From NCBI GenBank assembly GCA_963725665.1, contig CAVRZA010000003.1, forward strand, positions 96,001-160,000: a DNA stretch of 64,000 nt, read 5' to 3'. The number at the start of each line of letters is the position of its first letter. The first letter of the stretch is position 1. Of this stretch, positions 1-8,841 are shown in pieces. A program made the translations under genes and the position numbers. Below the pieces are notes generated by a model. The model had not been told where the DNA came from. It saw nothing but the letters and a program-made list of their open reading frames with translations, and did no database searches. The stretch is from an uncultured Actinomycetes bacterium. GTDB taxonomy: Bacteria > Actinomycetota > Thermoleophilia > UBA2241.

Positions 1-1853
1 AGCGGCAGTGCCGCCCCGTACTCGGCGCTCAGCGGCAGGTGCAGGAGGCGCGAGGCCAGGCGGGCCATGACGCCCATCGAGCCGGGCGTCAGGGCGTGCA
101 CGGCCGTGACGCCCTCGCGGTCGATGAAATCGATGACCTGCAGCACCGGCGGGAACGCGAGTGTCAGACCGCGGACGCCGGGAGGCGTCACCGGGCCGAC
201 AGCCGCGAACGGCTCGACGTCGGGGCCGCGCAGGTTGGTGGGCGCTTCTTCGAACTCGGCGGTGATAACGACCAGCTCGGCGCCGGCCGCGGCCGCGGCG
301 CGCCGGATGCGCTCGACGGCGGCGTCCTCGCCGCCGTCGAGCGCATCGACGAACACCGCCACCTTGACGCGGCCGGCGCCGCCGCTCCCGGGGAAGCGCT
401 GCGTCAGCTCGGCGAGCAGCTCCTTGCTCCTGTTCTGGGAGTAGTAGCCGTAGTAGTAGGGCAGGGCGAGGAAGTGCACGAGGCCTACGGCGCCGAGGTG
501 GCTGGCGCCGCGGCGCAGGCGGCGGCCGAGCGCCAGAGGGGCGTCGCGGGGGTGACGGGCGAGCTGCCCAAGACCGACTCCGCTCAGCCCGGCGAAAGCT
601 CGGCTGGCGGAGCGGTACATCAGCCGGTCGGCGAGACGGCTCGTGGCGGCGAAGACGCGCCGGTTCGCCCGCTCGGTCTGCGACTGGCGCAGGAAGTCCT
701 CGTCGCCCAGCAGGAGCTGGGCTTCGCGATCGAGCTCCCGGGCGAAGGAGCGTGCGAAGTCGCGAAAGCCACCGCTGTAGAGGAGGCGAGTCCCAGTGCG
801 GCGGCGCGTCGCCGGGGACGCGTCCGACCCTCCGCCATCTGTGTCACCCTCGTCCTCAGCAGACCTGCGCGCCTTAGGGCCGAGCTGCAGCGTGCCGGCG
901 GCGATCTGGGCCTGCAGGATCTCTGCGACGTCGGCGAACGAGAGCTCGCCGGCGAGGCGCGCTCGCTCGAGCTCGCTGGGGTCACCGGTCGTCCCCGGCA
1001 GGAGGTCTTCGAGCAGGTTGTTGAAGAACGCCAGGTAGCCGTTGCGGCGGTCGAAGCCGAGGCGCTCCTCAGCGTATCGGTACCCGATGCCCCAGAGGTT
1101 GTGCGCCAGCGTCAGGGGGTCGCCATGCTCCCCGCCGGGTACGGTTCGTCTCTCGCGCACCGCGGCGAGAAGGTCCGCCGGCCCGGCACAGCCCTCGGCG
1201 ACGGTGAAGGCACGGGCGATGAAGAAGCCGCCGTGGTCGTCGGAGCCCCCGACCATCGCCTTCAGCCAGGGAGTCGGTCCCTGCGGCTCGATGCCGTGCT
1301 TGACGGCCAGCCGCTCCATCGTCTCCGGAGTGAGCGCGCCCAGCAGCCCGACGACGGCCTCGTTGTAGCGCTCGGCGCGCGCTCCGTTGCGCGCCTCGAA
1401 GACGTCGAACAGGAGGAGGAGCTTCTCGACGGTGTCGCCGTCGAGGCGCCCGTCGAAATCGAACAGCGGGTGGGCGATGAAGTGGACGATGCTCTCCGCG
1501 CGCAGCAGACCGACGAGCTCATAGACGTCCTCTCGCGCCGCCAGCAGGTCCGGGAACTGCCGCTCCGAGATGCCGAGGGCGACGACGTGCAGGCGGCAGC
1601 CGGTCTCGGGCAGAGAGGAGCTCAGCTCGGTGCTCAGGAAGGTCCCCGGGAGGTGCGCGATCTCGAGCGCTCCTGAGATCGAATTGTGGTCGGTGATGGT
1701 AACGAGGTCCATCCCGCGTCGGCGGGCGGCCTCGTAGACGGCCTGTGGAGAGGTGAAGCTCTCGGGGCAGCCCACGCGGCGCAGGAGTCGGCTCGACGGG
1801 GCGTCGGAGTGGAGTGAGTGGACGTGCAGGTCGGCTCGGCAGGCGTGAGTCAT
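1..1853 (-). CDS. PHP-domain / GT4-like glycosyltransferase fusion protein (3' end runs off window)
   Basis: Manual translation from ATG at 1853: MTHACRADLHVHSLHSD...PESFTSP...GMDLVTITDHNSI (PHP HxH and TDH motifs), later KVAVFVD...HALTPGSMG (GT4 N-terminal-like). Absent from the ORF track because there is no stop in the window. TACACT -10 lies 7 nt upstream. Confidence 0.85.
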   Translation of the reverse strand, partial: MTHACRADLHVHSLHSDAPSSRLLRRVGCPESFTSPQAVYEAARRRGMDLVTITDHNSISGALEIAHLPGTFLSTELSSSLPETGCRLHVVALGISERQFPDLLAAREDVYELVGLLRAESIVHFIAHPLFDFDGRLDGDTVEKLLLLFDVFEARNGARAERYNEAVVGLLGALTPETMERLAVKHGIEPQGPTPWLKAMVGGSDDHGGFFIARAFTVAEGCAGPADLLAAVRERRTVPGGEHGDPLTLAHNLWGIGYRYAEERLGFDRRNGYLAFFNNLLEDLLPGTTGDPSELERARLAGELSFADVAEILQAQIAAGTLQLGPKARRSAEDEGDTDGGGSDASPATRRRTGTRLLYSGGFRDFARSFARELDREAQLLLGDEDFLRQSQTERANRRVFAATSRLADRLMYRSASRAFAGLSGVGLGQLARHPRDAPLALGRRLRRGASHLGAVGLVHFLALPYYYGYYSQNRSKELLAELTQRFPGSGGAGRVKVAVFVDALDGGEDAAVERIRRAAAAAGAELVVITAEFEEAPTNLRGPDVEPFAAVGPVTPPGVRGLTLAFPPVLQVIDFIDREGVTAVHALTPGSMGVMARLASRLLHLPLSAEYGAALP

Positions 1854-1919
1854 CGCGGCTAGTGTACACGACCCCAGCGGCCGGCTCGGACGAGACCCGC
1901 GGCACTCCCAACTGCTGCG

Positions 1920-2999
1920 CTAGAGCTGTGGGGCGAACATCCCCGGCCGATAGTCCTCGGCGAGGCGCCGGCAGAGCGCCGTGAGCAGTCGTGCCGTCGC
2001 CTCGATGTCGTCTCCCTGCACGACCTCGGCCGGAGAGTGCATGTAGCGCACCGGTACGCTCACGAGCATCGTGGCCGCCGAGGCCGCCACCATCAGCTCG
2101 TCGGCGTCGGTCTGCGTCTCGCCGCCGGCCGCGTGCACCTGCACGGGGATGCCTTCAGCGTCGGCGACCTCGACGGCGAGAGTGAAGAGCCGTTTGTTGA
2201 GGAAGGAGCCGCGTTCGAGCACGGGCCCGGCCCCAAGGTCGACGCGCCCGCGCAGCTCCTTGGGCCCGACTGTGGGGTGATCGCTGGCGAAGGTGACGTC
2301 GACGGCGATCACGACTTCAGGACGCATGGCGGTGGCCAGCGAGCGGGCGCCGAGGAAGATCGTCTCCTCCCCGACGGTGGCGGCCGCCGTCAGACGCGCC
2401 GCCGGCGGCTGCGCCGCGACAAGCTCGAGGGTGCGGAACGCGACGTACACTCCGGCGCGGTCGTCGATGGCCGGCGAGGCGTAACGGCCGCCGGCCAGAG
2501 CGGCGAAGCGCGGCGCGAAGGTCACCGGATCACCTATGGCGAGCCGCGCGAGGGCCTCCTCGCGGCTCTGCGCGCCGATGTCGAGCCACTGCTGGTCGAT
2601 GGTCGAGGGTTTCTTGTCGGGCGTTTCGTGCTGGACGACGTACCAGGGCCTGTGGCCGGCGACTGCCTCGACCGGCCCTGCCGCGCTCCACACGAGGACG
2701 CTCTTGCCCGGCAGGAGGTCGGGCTCAAGGAAACCGATCTTGTCGAGGAAGAGGAAGCCGTGCTCGTCGATTGAGGCGACGACGGCACCGATCTGGTCGG
2801 CGTGGGCGGCGATCAGCACGTGTGGCGGTGCATCCCCCCCGACGTGGGCGAGCACGTTGCCAAGCGCGTCGGTCTCGGTCTCGGCGTAGGTCTGGGCCCG
2901 CTGCGCGACGAGCCTCTGCACCGGCTCCTCGTAGCCGCTCGGGCCCGGCGCGAGGCAGAGGTCGCGAAAGAAGTCGAGGTCGAGCGTCGAAGCAGGCAC
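1920..2999 (-). CDS. M42 family metallopeptidase/endoglucanase-like
   Basis: GPSGYE, AAHADQIG, DDRAG, GEET, IAVDVT, GGETQTDA, VPVRYMHSPAE motifs; GTG start with GGAGG RBS. Confidence 0.9.
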   Translation of the reverse strand: MPASTLDLDFFRDLCLAPGPSGYEEPVQRLVAQRAQTYAETETDALGNVLAHVGGDAPPHVLIAAHADQIGAVVASIDEHGFLFLDKIGFLEPDLLPGKSVLVWSAAGPVEAVAGHRPWYVVQHETPDKKPSTIDQQWLDIGAQSREEALARLAIGDPVTFAPRFAALAGGRYASPAIDDRAGVYVAFRTLELVAAQPPAARLTAAATVGEETIFLGARSLATAMRPEVVIAVDVTFASDHPTVGPKELRGRVDLGAGPVLERGSFLNKRLFTLAVEVADAEGIPVQVHAAGGETQTDADELMVAASAATMLVSVPVRYMHSPAEVVQGDDIEATARLLTALCRRLAEDYRPGMFAPQL

Positions 3000-3063
3000 G
3001 GTGTCCTCCGTCGGTCGTTGAGCGGTGGCGCCGCAGCGGCTCGCCGTGGCCGCCCGGCGCATC

Positions 3064-3825
3064 CTACCCCACCGAGAGGCCGCGCGCCTTCTCGAGCTCC
3101 CTCAGGAAGCCCCTGTGGAAGAAGCTCGCGGGGTCGTCGGCCGCCGAGCAGAGGCGCGCGAACATGGACTTGGTCGCCGTGAAGGCCAACATGCGAGGCT
3201 CGAGGTACTGGCGCATGGCGATGTCGGTGGAGCCGATCAGTGCCTGGGGCACGTCGAGGTCGTCGAACGCCGGCCCCAGCTGGCCGCAGCCGGAGCTGAA
3301 GGGGGCGACCACCGGCGGCGGATCCCCGGGGGCCGAGTGGTACGACGCCGCTGTGCAGAGCAGGCTGAGCTGGTCGGGCTCTACGAAGAAGGTCGCCGTG
3401 AGCAGGTGCTCGTAGCGGTCTGCGCGCAGGGGTCCGATGAGGATGTGCTCGTGCTCGCGACGCAGCGGCCGCGAGGCGTCGATCCACTCCTCCATGAGCT
3501 CCGGCGAGGCTCTAAGCCCTTCTTCGCCGACGAGGAACTCGATGAACGCTGCACGCGCACGCGTCTCGACGCCGAAGAACTGCCGGGCGCAGCCACCGCA
3601 GCCGTAGCGCTCGCTCGTAAGGTGGAGGGACTCGCCCTGTCGCCAGCGCTGGACGAACGCAAAGACGCAGGCACGTCCTTTGGGCTCGACCAGCGGCGCG
3701 AAAAGCTGCGGGTCGGGTGCCTCGTAGAGCCCGATGACGGGCGCGGCGAGGCGGAGCTTGGCAAGAAGGGTCGACGGGTCGGGCTGCAAGGCTGCCTCCT
3801 CGTGTCTCACGGACTGGCTCGTCAC
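3064..3825 (-). CDS. DUF169 family protein
   Basis: CVF...GCGG pattern, PDQLS, PFSSGCG, IGSTDIAMR typical of DUF169; start uncertain. Confidence 0.75.
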   Translation of the reverse strand: MTSQSVRHEEAALQPDPSTLLAKLRLAAPVIGLYEAPDPQLFAPLVEPKGRACVFAFVQRWRQGESLHLTSERYGCGGCARQFFGVETRARAAFIEFLVGEEGLRASPELMEEWIDASRPLRREHEHILIGPLRADRYEHLLTATFFVEPDQLSLLCTAASYHSAPGDPPPVVAPFSSGCGQLGPAFDDLDVPQALIGSTDIAMRQYLEPRMLAFTATKSMFARLCSAADDPASFFHRGFLRELEKARGLSVG

Positions 3826-3951
3826 ATGATAGCCGCGGCGCGGCGCTTCGCCACGCGGTGGTAGACATGGACCGTGTCTGAGGCATGGATGAGCCGCGCG
3901 TGCGGCACGCCGATGGCGGCCGCGGCGTTGGAGGCGCTAGACTAGTCGGCC

Positions 3952-5196
3952 GTGGAGTATCGCAGCTTCGGCAAGGTCGCCTTCAGACCATCGGCCCTCG
4001 GCTTCGGCGCCATGCGCCTGCCGACGCTGCCGGGGGTGTCCGAGGCTGCCGAAGCGACCTCCAGCGCCGTGGACTCCATCGATCACGACGCGGCGACGGC
4101 CATGCTGCGCTACGCCGTCGAGCACGGCGTCAACTACGTCGACACGGCCTACGACTACCACGGCGGTGAGAGCGAGGTGTGGCTGGGAGGCGCGCTGCGC
4201 GACGTGGCGCGCGCACTCCACGGCCGGGACGACGCCGCCTGGCTTGCCTTTCGCCGCCGGGTCAAGGTCGCCACGAAGCTGCCTGCCTGGAAGTGCCGGG
4301 AGCGGGAGGACTTCGAGCGCTACTTCGGCGAGCAGCTCGAGCGTCTGCGGCTGCCGTCGGTCGACTTCTACCTGCTTCACAGTCTGAGCACCGACTCGTG
4401 GGCGCAGGTGCACGACATCGGTGTGCTCGAGTGGGCCAAGAAGGCCCGGGCCAAGGGGAGGATCACCCACTTCGGTTTCTCGTTCCACGACGGCTTGGCC
4501 ACGTTCAAGGAGATCGTCGACGCGACGAAGCTCTGGGACTTCTGCCAGATCCAGTACAACTACATGGACGAGGACTACCAGGCGGGCAGCGAGGGCCTGC
4601 GCTACGCGGCGCGCAAAGGCCTCGGCGTCGTCGTCATGGAGCCCATCCGCGGCGGCTACCTGGCCGGGACTCCGCCCCAGACTGTGGCGGCGCTCTGGCG
4701 GCGCGCCGAAGCCGAAGGCTTCGACGGCGCGCCGCGCCCACCGGCCGAGTGGGCGCTGCAGTGGGTCTGGGACCACGTCGAAGTGGGCCCGGTCCTGAGC
4801 GGCATGAGCACCATGGAGCAGGTGGTCGAGAACGTCGCCGGCGCCGAGCGGTCGGCGCCGGGCCGTCTGACCGCCGCCGAGCGTGCTCTCGTCGCCCAGG
4901 TGCGCGACGCCTACCGCGAGCTTTCGCCTATCGCCTGCACGGCCTGCGACTACTGTCAGCCCTGCCGCGAGGGCGTCAAGATCCCGCGCATCTTCGCCAT
5001 CTACAACGATGCGATCATGTACGACAACGAGGCCGGGGCACGCCGCTCCTACTCGTGGCTCGCCGAGGAGCAGCGCGCCGACCGTTGCACGCACTGCGGC
5101 GAGTGCGAGGCGCGTTGCCCCCAGAAGCTCCCCGTCACCGATTGGCTCGAGGTCTGTCAGCGGTTCCTCTGCGAGCCACCGTCAGTGTCCTCGTAG
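3952..5196 (+). CDS. aldo/keto reductase with C-terminal 4Fe-4S ferredoxin domain
   Basis: LGFGAMRLP, GVNYVDTAYDYH, ATKLP, DFYLLH, QIQYNY, MEPIRGG; CTACDYCQPC and CTHCGECEARCP. Confidence 0.92.
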   Translation: MEYRSFGKVAFRPSALGFGAMRLPTLPGVSEAAEATSSAVDSIDHDAATAMLRYAVEHGVNYVDTAYDYHGGESEVWLGGALRDVARALHGRDDAAWLAFRRRVKVATKLPAWKCREREDFERYFGEQLERLRLPSVDFYLLHSLSTDSWAQVHDIGVLEWAKKARAKGRITHFGFSFHDGLATFKEIVDATKLWDFCQIQYNYMDEDYQAGSEGLRYAARKGLGVVVMEPIRGGYLAGTPPQTVAALWRRAEAEGFDGAPRPPAEWALQWVWDHVEVGPVLSGMSTMEQVVENVAGAERSAPGRLTAAERALVAQVRDAYRELSPIACTACDYCQPCREGVKIPRIFAIYNDAIMYDNEAGARRSYSWLAEEQRADRCTHCGECEARCPQKLPVTDWLEVCQRFLCEPPSVSS

Positions 5197-5225
5197 CGTA
5201 AGGACGCGTGAGCCGATCGGCATCC

Positions 5226-5249
5226 CTTCCCGCCGTGAACGGCGGGGAG
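5226..5249 (+). terminator. hairpin downstream of aldo/keto reductase
   Basis: CTTCCCGCCG-TGAA-CGGCGGGGAG, 10-bp stem, 30 nt after the stop; no U-tract. Confidence 0.45.
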
Positions 5250-5459
5250 CGTGGACTATCCTGCTGGACCTTCCTCGGCGAACGAGGGTCGGCTGGTCAG
5301 TGCGACACGTCCAAGAGCCGCCTGGTCACGCCGGCGACGCGGGAAGGCCGACCGCCCGTCATGACCATCTCCCGATCACGTCCGTCCCCACGTAAGTATG
5401 GTAACCCGATAGTACCCCATTTCGTCACGATGTTGGAGCGAGTCTGAAGGGTGGAACAA

Positions 5460-5475
5460 ATACCCACAGGGGTAT
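5460..5475. promoter_or_regulatory. CsoR/CstR/RcnR-family-type operator abutting the -10 of osmC
   Basis: Inverted repeat ATACCC-acag-GGGTAT next to TATAGT (5475-5480), about 40 nt upstream of the start. Confidence 0.6.
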
Positions 5476-5514
5476 ATAGTGTGCCGGGAGGACGAACGCG
5501 ACAACGGAGGGAAT

Positions 5515-5931
5515 GTGAAGGCTGACATGGAGATCTACTTCCCGGGCGGCAAGAGGGTCTACGCCGATTACAAGGGCTTCACCGTCGAGACAGACCAGCC
5601 GGTGGCCGCGGGCGGCGGTGGCAGCGCGCCGGCGCCCTTCGACCTCTTCATGACGTCGATCGGGACCTGCGCCGGCATCTACCTGCTCGCCTTCCTCGAA
5701 CAGCGCGGTCTGGCGACCGCGGACGCCGGTGTGAGCATGAGTCGCGAGATCGATCCGCAGACGGGGCTCGTCAGCCGCATCAAGCTCGACCTGCACCTGC
5801 CGGCCGACTTTCCCGAGAAGTACCGCGACGCCGTGGTGCGCGCCGTCGAGCAGTGCGCGGTCAAGCGCCACCTGCACCAGCCGCCGGCGTTCGATGTGAG
5901 GCCGATCGTCGGGACGGCCGAGACGGCGTAG
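5515..5931 (+). CDS. OsmC family protein
   Basis: TDQP...GGGSAPAPFDLFMTSIGTCAG and EQCAVKRHL (two Cys); GGAGG RBS before GTG. Confidence 0.88.
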   Translation: MKADMEIYFPGGKRVYADYKGFTVETDQPVAAGGGGSAPAPFDLFMTSIGTCAGIYLLAFLEQRGLATADAGVSMSREIDPQTGLVSRIKLDLHLPADFPEKYRDAVVRAVEQCAVKRHLHQPPAFDVRPIVGTAETA

Positions 5932-6041
5932 CGTCCCTCAGGACCACCTGCCGGGGCCATGCCCGCCGGCGGTACCTGCTAGAGTCAGGCTCGACCGGCC
6001 CTGCGCGCCGTGCAAACGCGCCGTGAGCAAGGAGAGCCCAA

Positions 6042-6617
6042 GTGAACGTCGTCGCCTTCAACGGCAGCCCGCTCAAAGACGGCAACACCGCCATCCTCAT
6101 CCGTCACGTTCTGGCGGAGCTCGAGCGCGAAGGCATCGCGACGGAGCTTGTCCACATCGGCGACCAAGGACTCGTAGGCTGCACCGACTGCGGCGTCTGC
6201 GCCGAGCGCAAGGACGATCGCTGTGCGATCGACGACGACCCCGTGAACGACTGGATCGAGAAGACAGTGGCCGCGGACGGCATCATCATCGGCTCGCCGG
6301 TGTACTACGCGAACTGCACGGCCTCGACCCAGGCCTTCATCGAGCGTTGTGGCTACCCGCTGCGCAAGGGCAGCAACCCGCTGCCGCGCAAGGTGGGAGC
6401 GGCGGTCGTCGCCGCGCGTCGCGCCGGCGCGATGCACGCCTTCGATTCGATCAACCACTTCTTCCAGATCGCCGAGATGGTCGTCGTCGGCTCGAGCTAC
6501 TGGAACATCGGCATGGGCCGCGAGCCCGGCGAGGTCGAGCACGACGAAGAAGGCATCGCAACGATGCGTACCCTCGGCCGCAACATGGCCTGGGTGTTGA
6601 AGAAGCTGCACGGCTGA
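6042..6617 (+). CDS. iron-sulfur flavoprotein / flavodoxin-family NADPH-dependent FMN reductase
   Basis: AFNGSP..GNT, CxxCxxC...C cluster motif, IIIGSPVYY, RRAG. Confidence 0.9.
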   Translation: MNVVAFNGSPLKDGNTAILIRHVLAELEREGIATELVHIGDQGLVGCTDCGVCAERKDDRCAIDDDPVNDWIEKTVAADGIIIGSPVYYANCTASTQAFIERCGYPLRKGSNPLPRKVGAAVVAARRAGAMHAFDSINHFFQIAEMVVVGSSYWNIGMGREPGEVEHDEEGIATMRTLGRNMAWVLKKLHG

Positions 6618-6788
6618 GTCGTCTGAGCGTGATCGCGCCGCGTGTTCGAGCGGCGCGATCGCCGGCCAGCGCCGCACACTGTCCCAGCACACGGCACGTT
6701 CGCCCGCGCCCGCACCGACGCAGTGCATCCGCGCGCCGCGCCGCGTACCAGCGCAGCGCGCCTTCCGATCGTGCTAGAGGAGAGGGCC

Positions 6789-7553
6789 GTGCGGGGAAGA
6801 AGCTTCAGCAATGAGTGCTTTCCCGCGCCCACATGGCGATGTCGCCAGCAGGACACGGAGCAGAAGGCGCTGCACGAGCCGTTCCGTCCCCCTATGGCGC
6901 GGCCAGTGGGCGGCCGGTTGCGCTTCTTCGCTGCGGCCGACCCCTGGCTCTACAAGGTGGCGCGCGTCCTGGTTCGTCCCACGGTGGCCCCGTTCTTCAG
7001 GCTCGAGGTGTCGGGCGAGGAGCGCCTGCCCCTCACGGGGCCGGCGCTCCTCGCCGTCAACCATCAGAGCGACATCGACCCGCTCTTCGTCGGCCTTGCG
7101 CTGGCGCGACCGCTGCACTACATGACGGAGGCCGAGAAGTTCGTTCGTCCTGTGCTACCGCATGTGATCTCGCGTCTCGGCTCCTTTCCCATCGTGCGCG
7201 GTGAGGCCGACCTGGGTGGGATGCGTGCCACGCTGCACCTGCTGGCGGCCGGCGAAGCCGTGGTGATCTTTCCCGAGGGCGGACCTTTCAGGGAGGGGCG
7301 GCCGCACGAGTTCCACCCCGGCGCGGGCATGATCGCCGTGCGCAGCGGGGCCCCCGTCTTCCCCCTGGCTCTGACGGGCGCCGACCGCCTGGCGCACGGC
7401 GGCCGGCTGCGCCGGCCGGCCGTGCGCCTCGCGGTCGGCGCCCCCCTCGACCTGTCGCGTTTCCAACGCCGCAAGGCCGAGTACGCCGCCGCGGCGGGCC
7501 TCATCAGATCGGCCGTGACCGACCTTTGCGAGCGGGAATCATCGCTGCGCTGA
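6789..7553 (+). CDS. plsC: 1-acyl-sn-glycerol-3-phosphate acyltransferase (PlsC family)
   Basis: NHQSDID (HxxxxD) and IFPEG motifs; start GTG 6789 (AGGAG RBS) or ATG 6894. Confidence 0.85.
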   Translation: MRGRSFSNECFPAPTWRCRQQDTEQKALHEPFRPPMARPVGGRLRFFAAADPWLYKVARVLVRPTVAPFFRLEVSGEERLPLTGPALLAVNHQSDIDPLFVGLALARPLHYMTEAEKFVRPVLPHVISRLGSFPIVRGEADLGGMRATLHLLAAGEAVVIFPEGGPFREGRPHEFHPGAGMIAVRSGAPVFPLALTGADRLAHGGRLRRPAVRLAVGAPLDLSRFQRRKAEYAAAAGLIRSAVTDLCERESSLR

Positions 7554-7625
7554 GCCGAGACTTGGCGCGCGCCTCGTCGTGGGGCATACTTCTCGGCGGT
7601 GTCGGCAACCAGTGAGGTCGCGATC

Positions 7626-7751
7626 GTGAAAGACGTGGGACTCGGGTTCCTGCAGACCATCCTCTTCGCTGTCATCGTGGTCGCCCTGCTCGGCGGCGTC
7701 ATGCTCCTCGTGAACTACCTCGCCGCTCCCGTTGTGGGCGGCGCCTACTAG
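7626..7751 (+). CDS. small single-pass membrane protein (41 aa)
   Basis: MKDVGLGFLQTILFAVIVVALLGGVMLLVNYLAAPVVGGAY*; GAGGT upstream; high GC3 codon pattern; below the ORF-track cutoff. Confidence 0.6.
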   Translation: MKDVGLGFLQTILFAVIVVALLGGVMLLVNYLAAPVVGGAY

Positions 7752-7836
7752 CCGCACGTTCGCTCCGTAACGGTACGCTGAAGCGACGCAGCGTTGCCCC
7801 TCCTCGCGTTCGCACGGCGGTAGGAGTCGACAGAGA

Positions 7837-8841
7837 ATGCAGTCCGACGGCCATGTCATCGTCATCCGCGACCTGACGAAGCGCTATGGCGAGCTGGTCG
7901 CCGTCGACGGCATCTCGTTCTCGGTGGCCCGCGGAGAGATCTTCGGCATCCTGGGCCCCAACGGGGCCGGCAAGACCACCACCCTCGAGATGGTTGAAGG
8001 CCTGCGCAAGCCCGACGGAGGCTCGATCGTCGTCAACGGGCTCCCCGTGTGGCCGAAGCCCAAGCCGGTGAAGCGCATCATCGGCGTCCAGCTTCAGGCG
8101 ACGGCCCTCTTCGACTACCAGAGGGTGTGGGAGATCATCTACGTTTTCGGGTCCACCTACGGCATCTACCGCACACGGCAGGAGTGCCTGGCGCTGCTCG
8201 AGCGTGTCGGCATCGCCGACAAGGCGGATGCCTTCGCCAACCAGCTCTCCGGCGGTCAGGCGCAACGCCTGTCGATCGCGCTCGCCCTGGTGAACGACCC
8301 CGTCGTGACCTTCCTCGACGAGCCCACGACGGGGCTCGACCCGCGGGCGCGGCGTGCCTTGTGGGACGTCATCCGTGAGATCAACTACGCCGGGACGACG
8401 GTGGTCCTGACCTCTCACTACATGGAAGAGGCCGAACGCCTCTGCGATCGCGTGGCGGTGATGGACAGGGGCCACATCATGGACATGGGCCCGCCCCAGC
8501 AGCTAATCAACAAGCTGGGTGCCGAGGCCGTGGTGACGTTCACCCTGAGCCGCCGTCTGCCGCTGGCAGAGCTCTGCCGGCTGGAGGGCGTGAACGACTG
8601 CCGGGCCCAGGAGGAGATCGGCTACGAGCTGGTGGCGTCACACGCCCAGCGTGTCGTGGTGTCTCTGCTCGATCTGGCCCGCGAAAGAGACGTGAAGGTG
8701 GAGAACCTCGACGTCAAGGGTGCCACGCTGGAAGACGTCTTTCTCCAGCTCACAGGACGCAAGCTGGTCGAGGAAGAGGTGGAGGTTGCCGAGGGCGGTT
8801 CCCGGCGCCGTCGGTTCGCTTTCGGCGGGGGCAACCGATGA
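7837..8841 (+). CDS. ABC-2 type exporter ATP-binding protein
   Basis: [32 protein letters not shown]. Confidence 0.95.
   Translation: MQSDGHVIVIRDLTKRYGELVAVDGISFSVARGEIFGILGPNGAGKTTTLEMVEGLRKPDGGSIVVNGLPVWPKPKPVKRIIGVQLQATALFDYQRVWEIIYVFGSTYGIYRTRQECLALLERVGIADKADAFANQLSGGQAQRLSIALALVNDPVVTFLDEPTTGLDPRARRALWDVIREINYAGTTVVLTSHYMEEAERLCDRVAVMDRGHIMDMGPPQQLINKLGAEAVVTFTLSRRLPLAELCRLEGVNDCRAQEEIGYELVASHAQRVVVSLLDLARERDVKVENLDVKGATLEDVFLQLTGRKLVEEEVEVAEGGSRRRRFAFGGGNR

Noticed and set aside
39-1676. 545-aa plus-strand ORF
   Set aside because: Antisense shadow of the minus-strand PHP-GT gene; no motifs.
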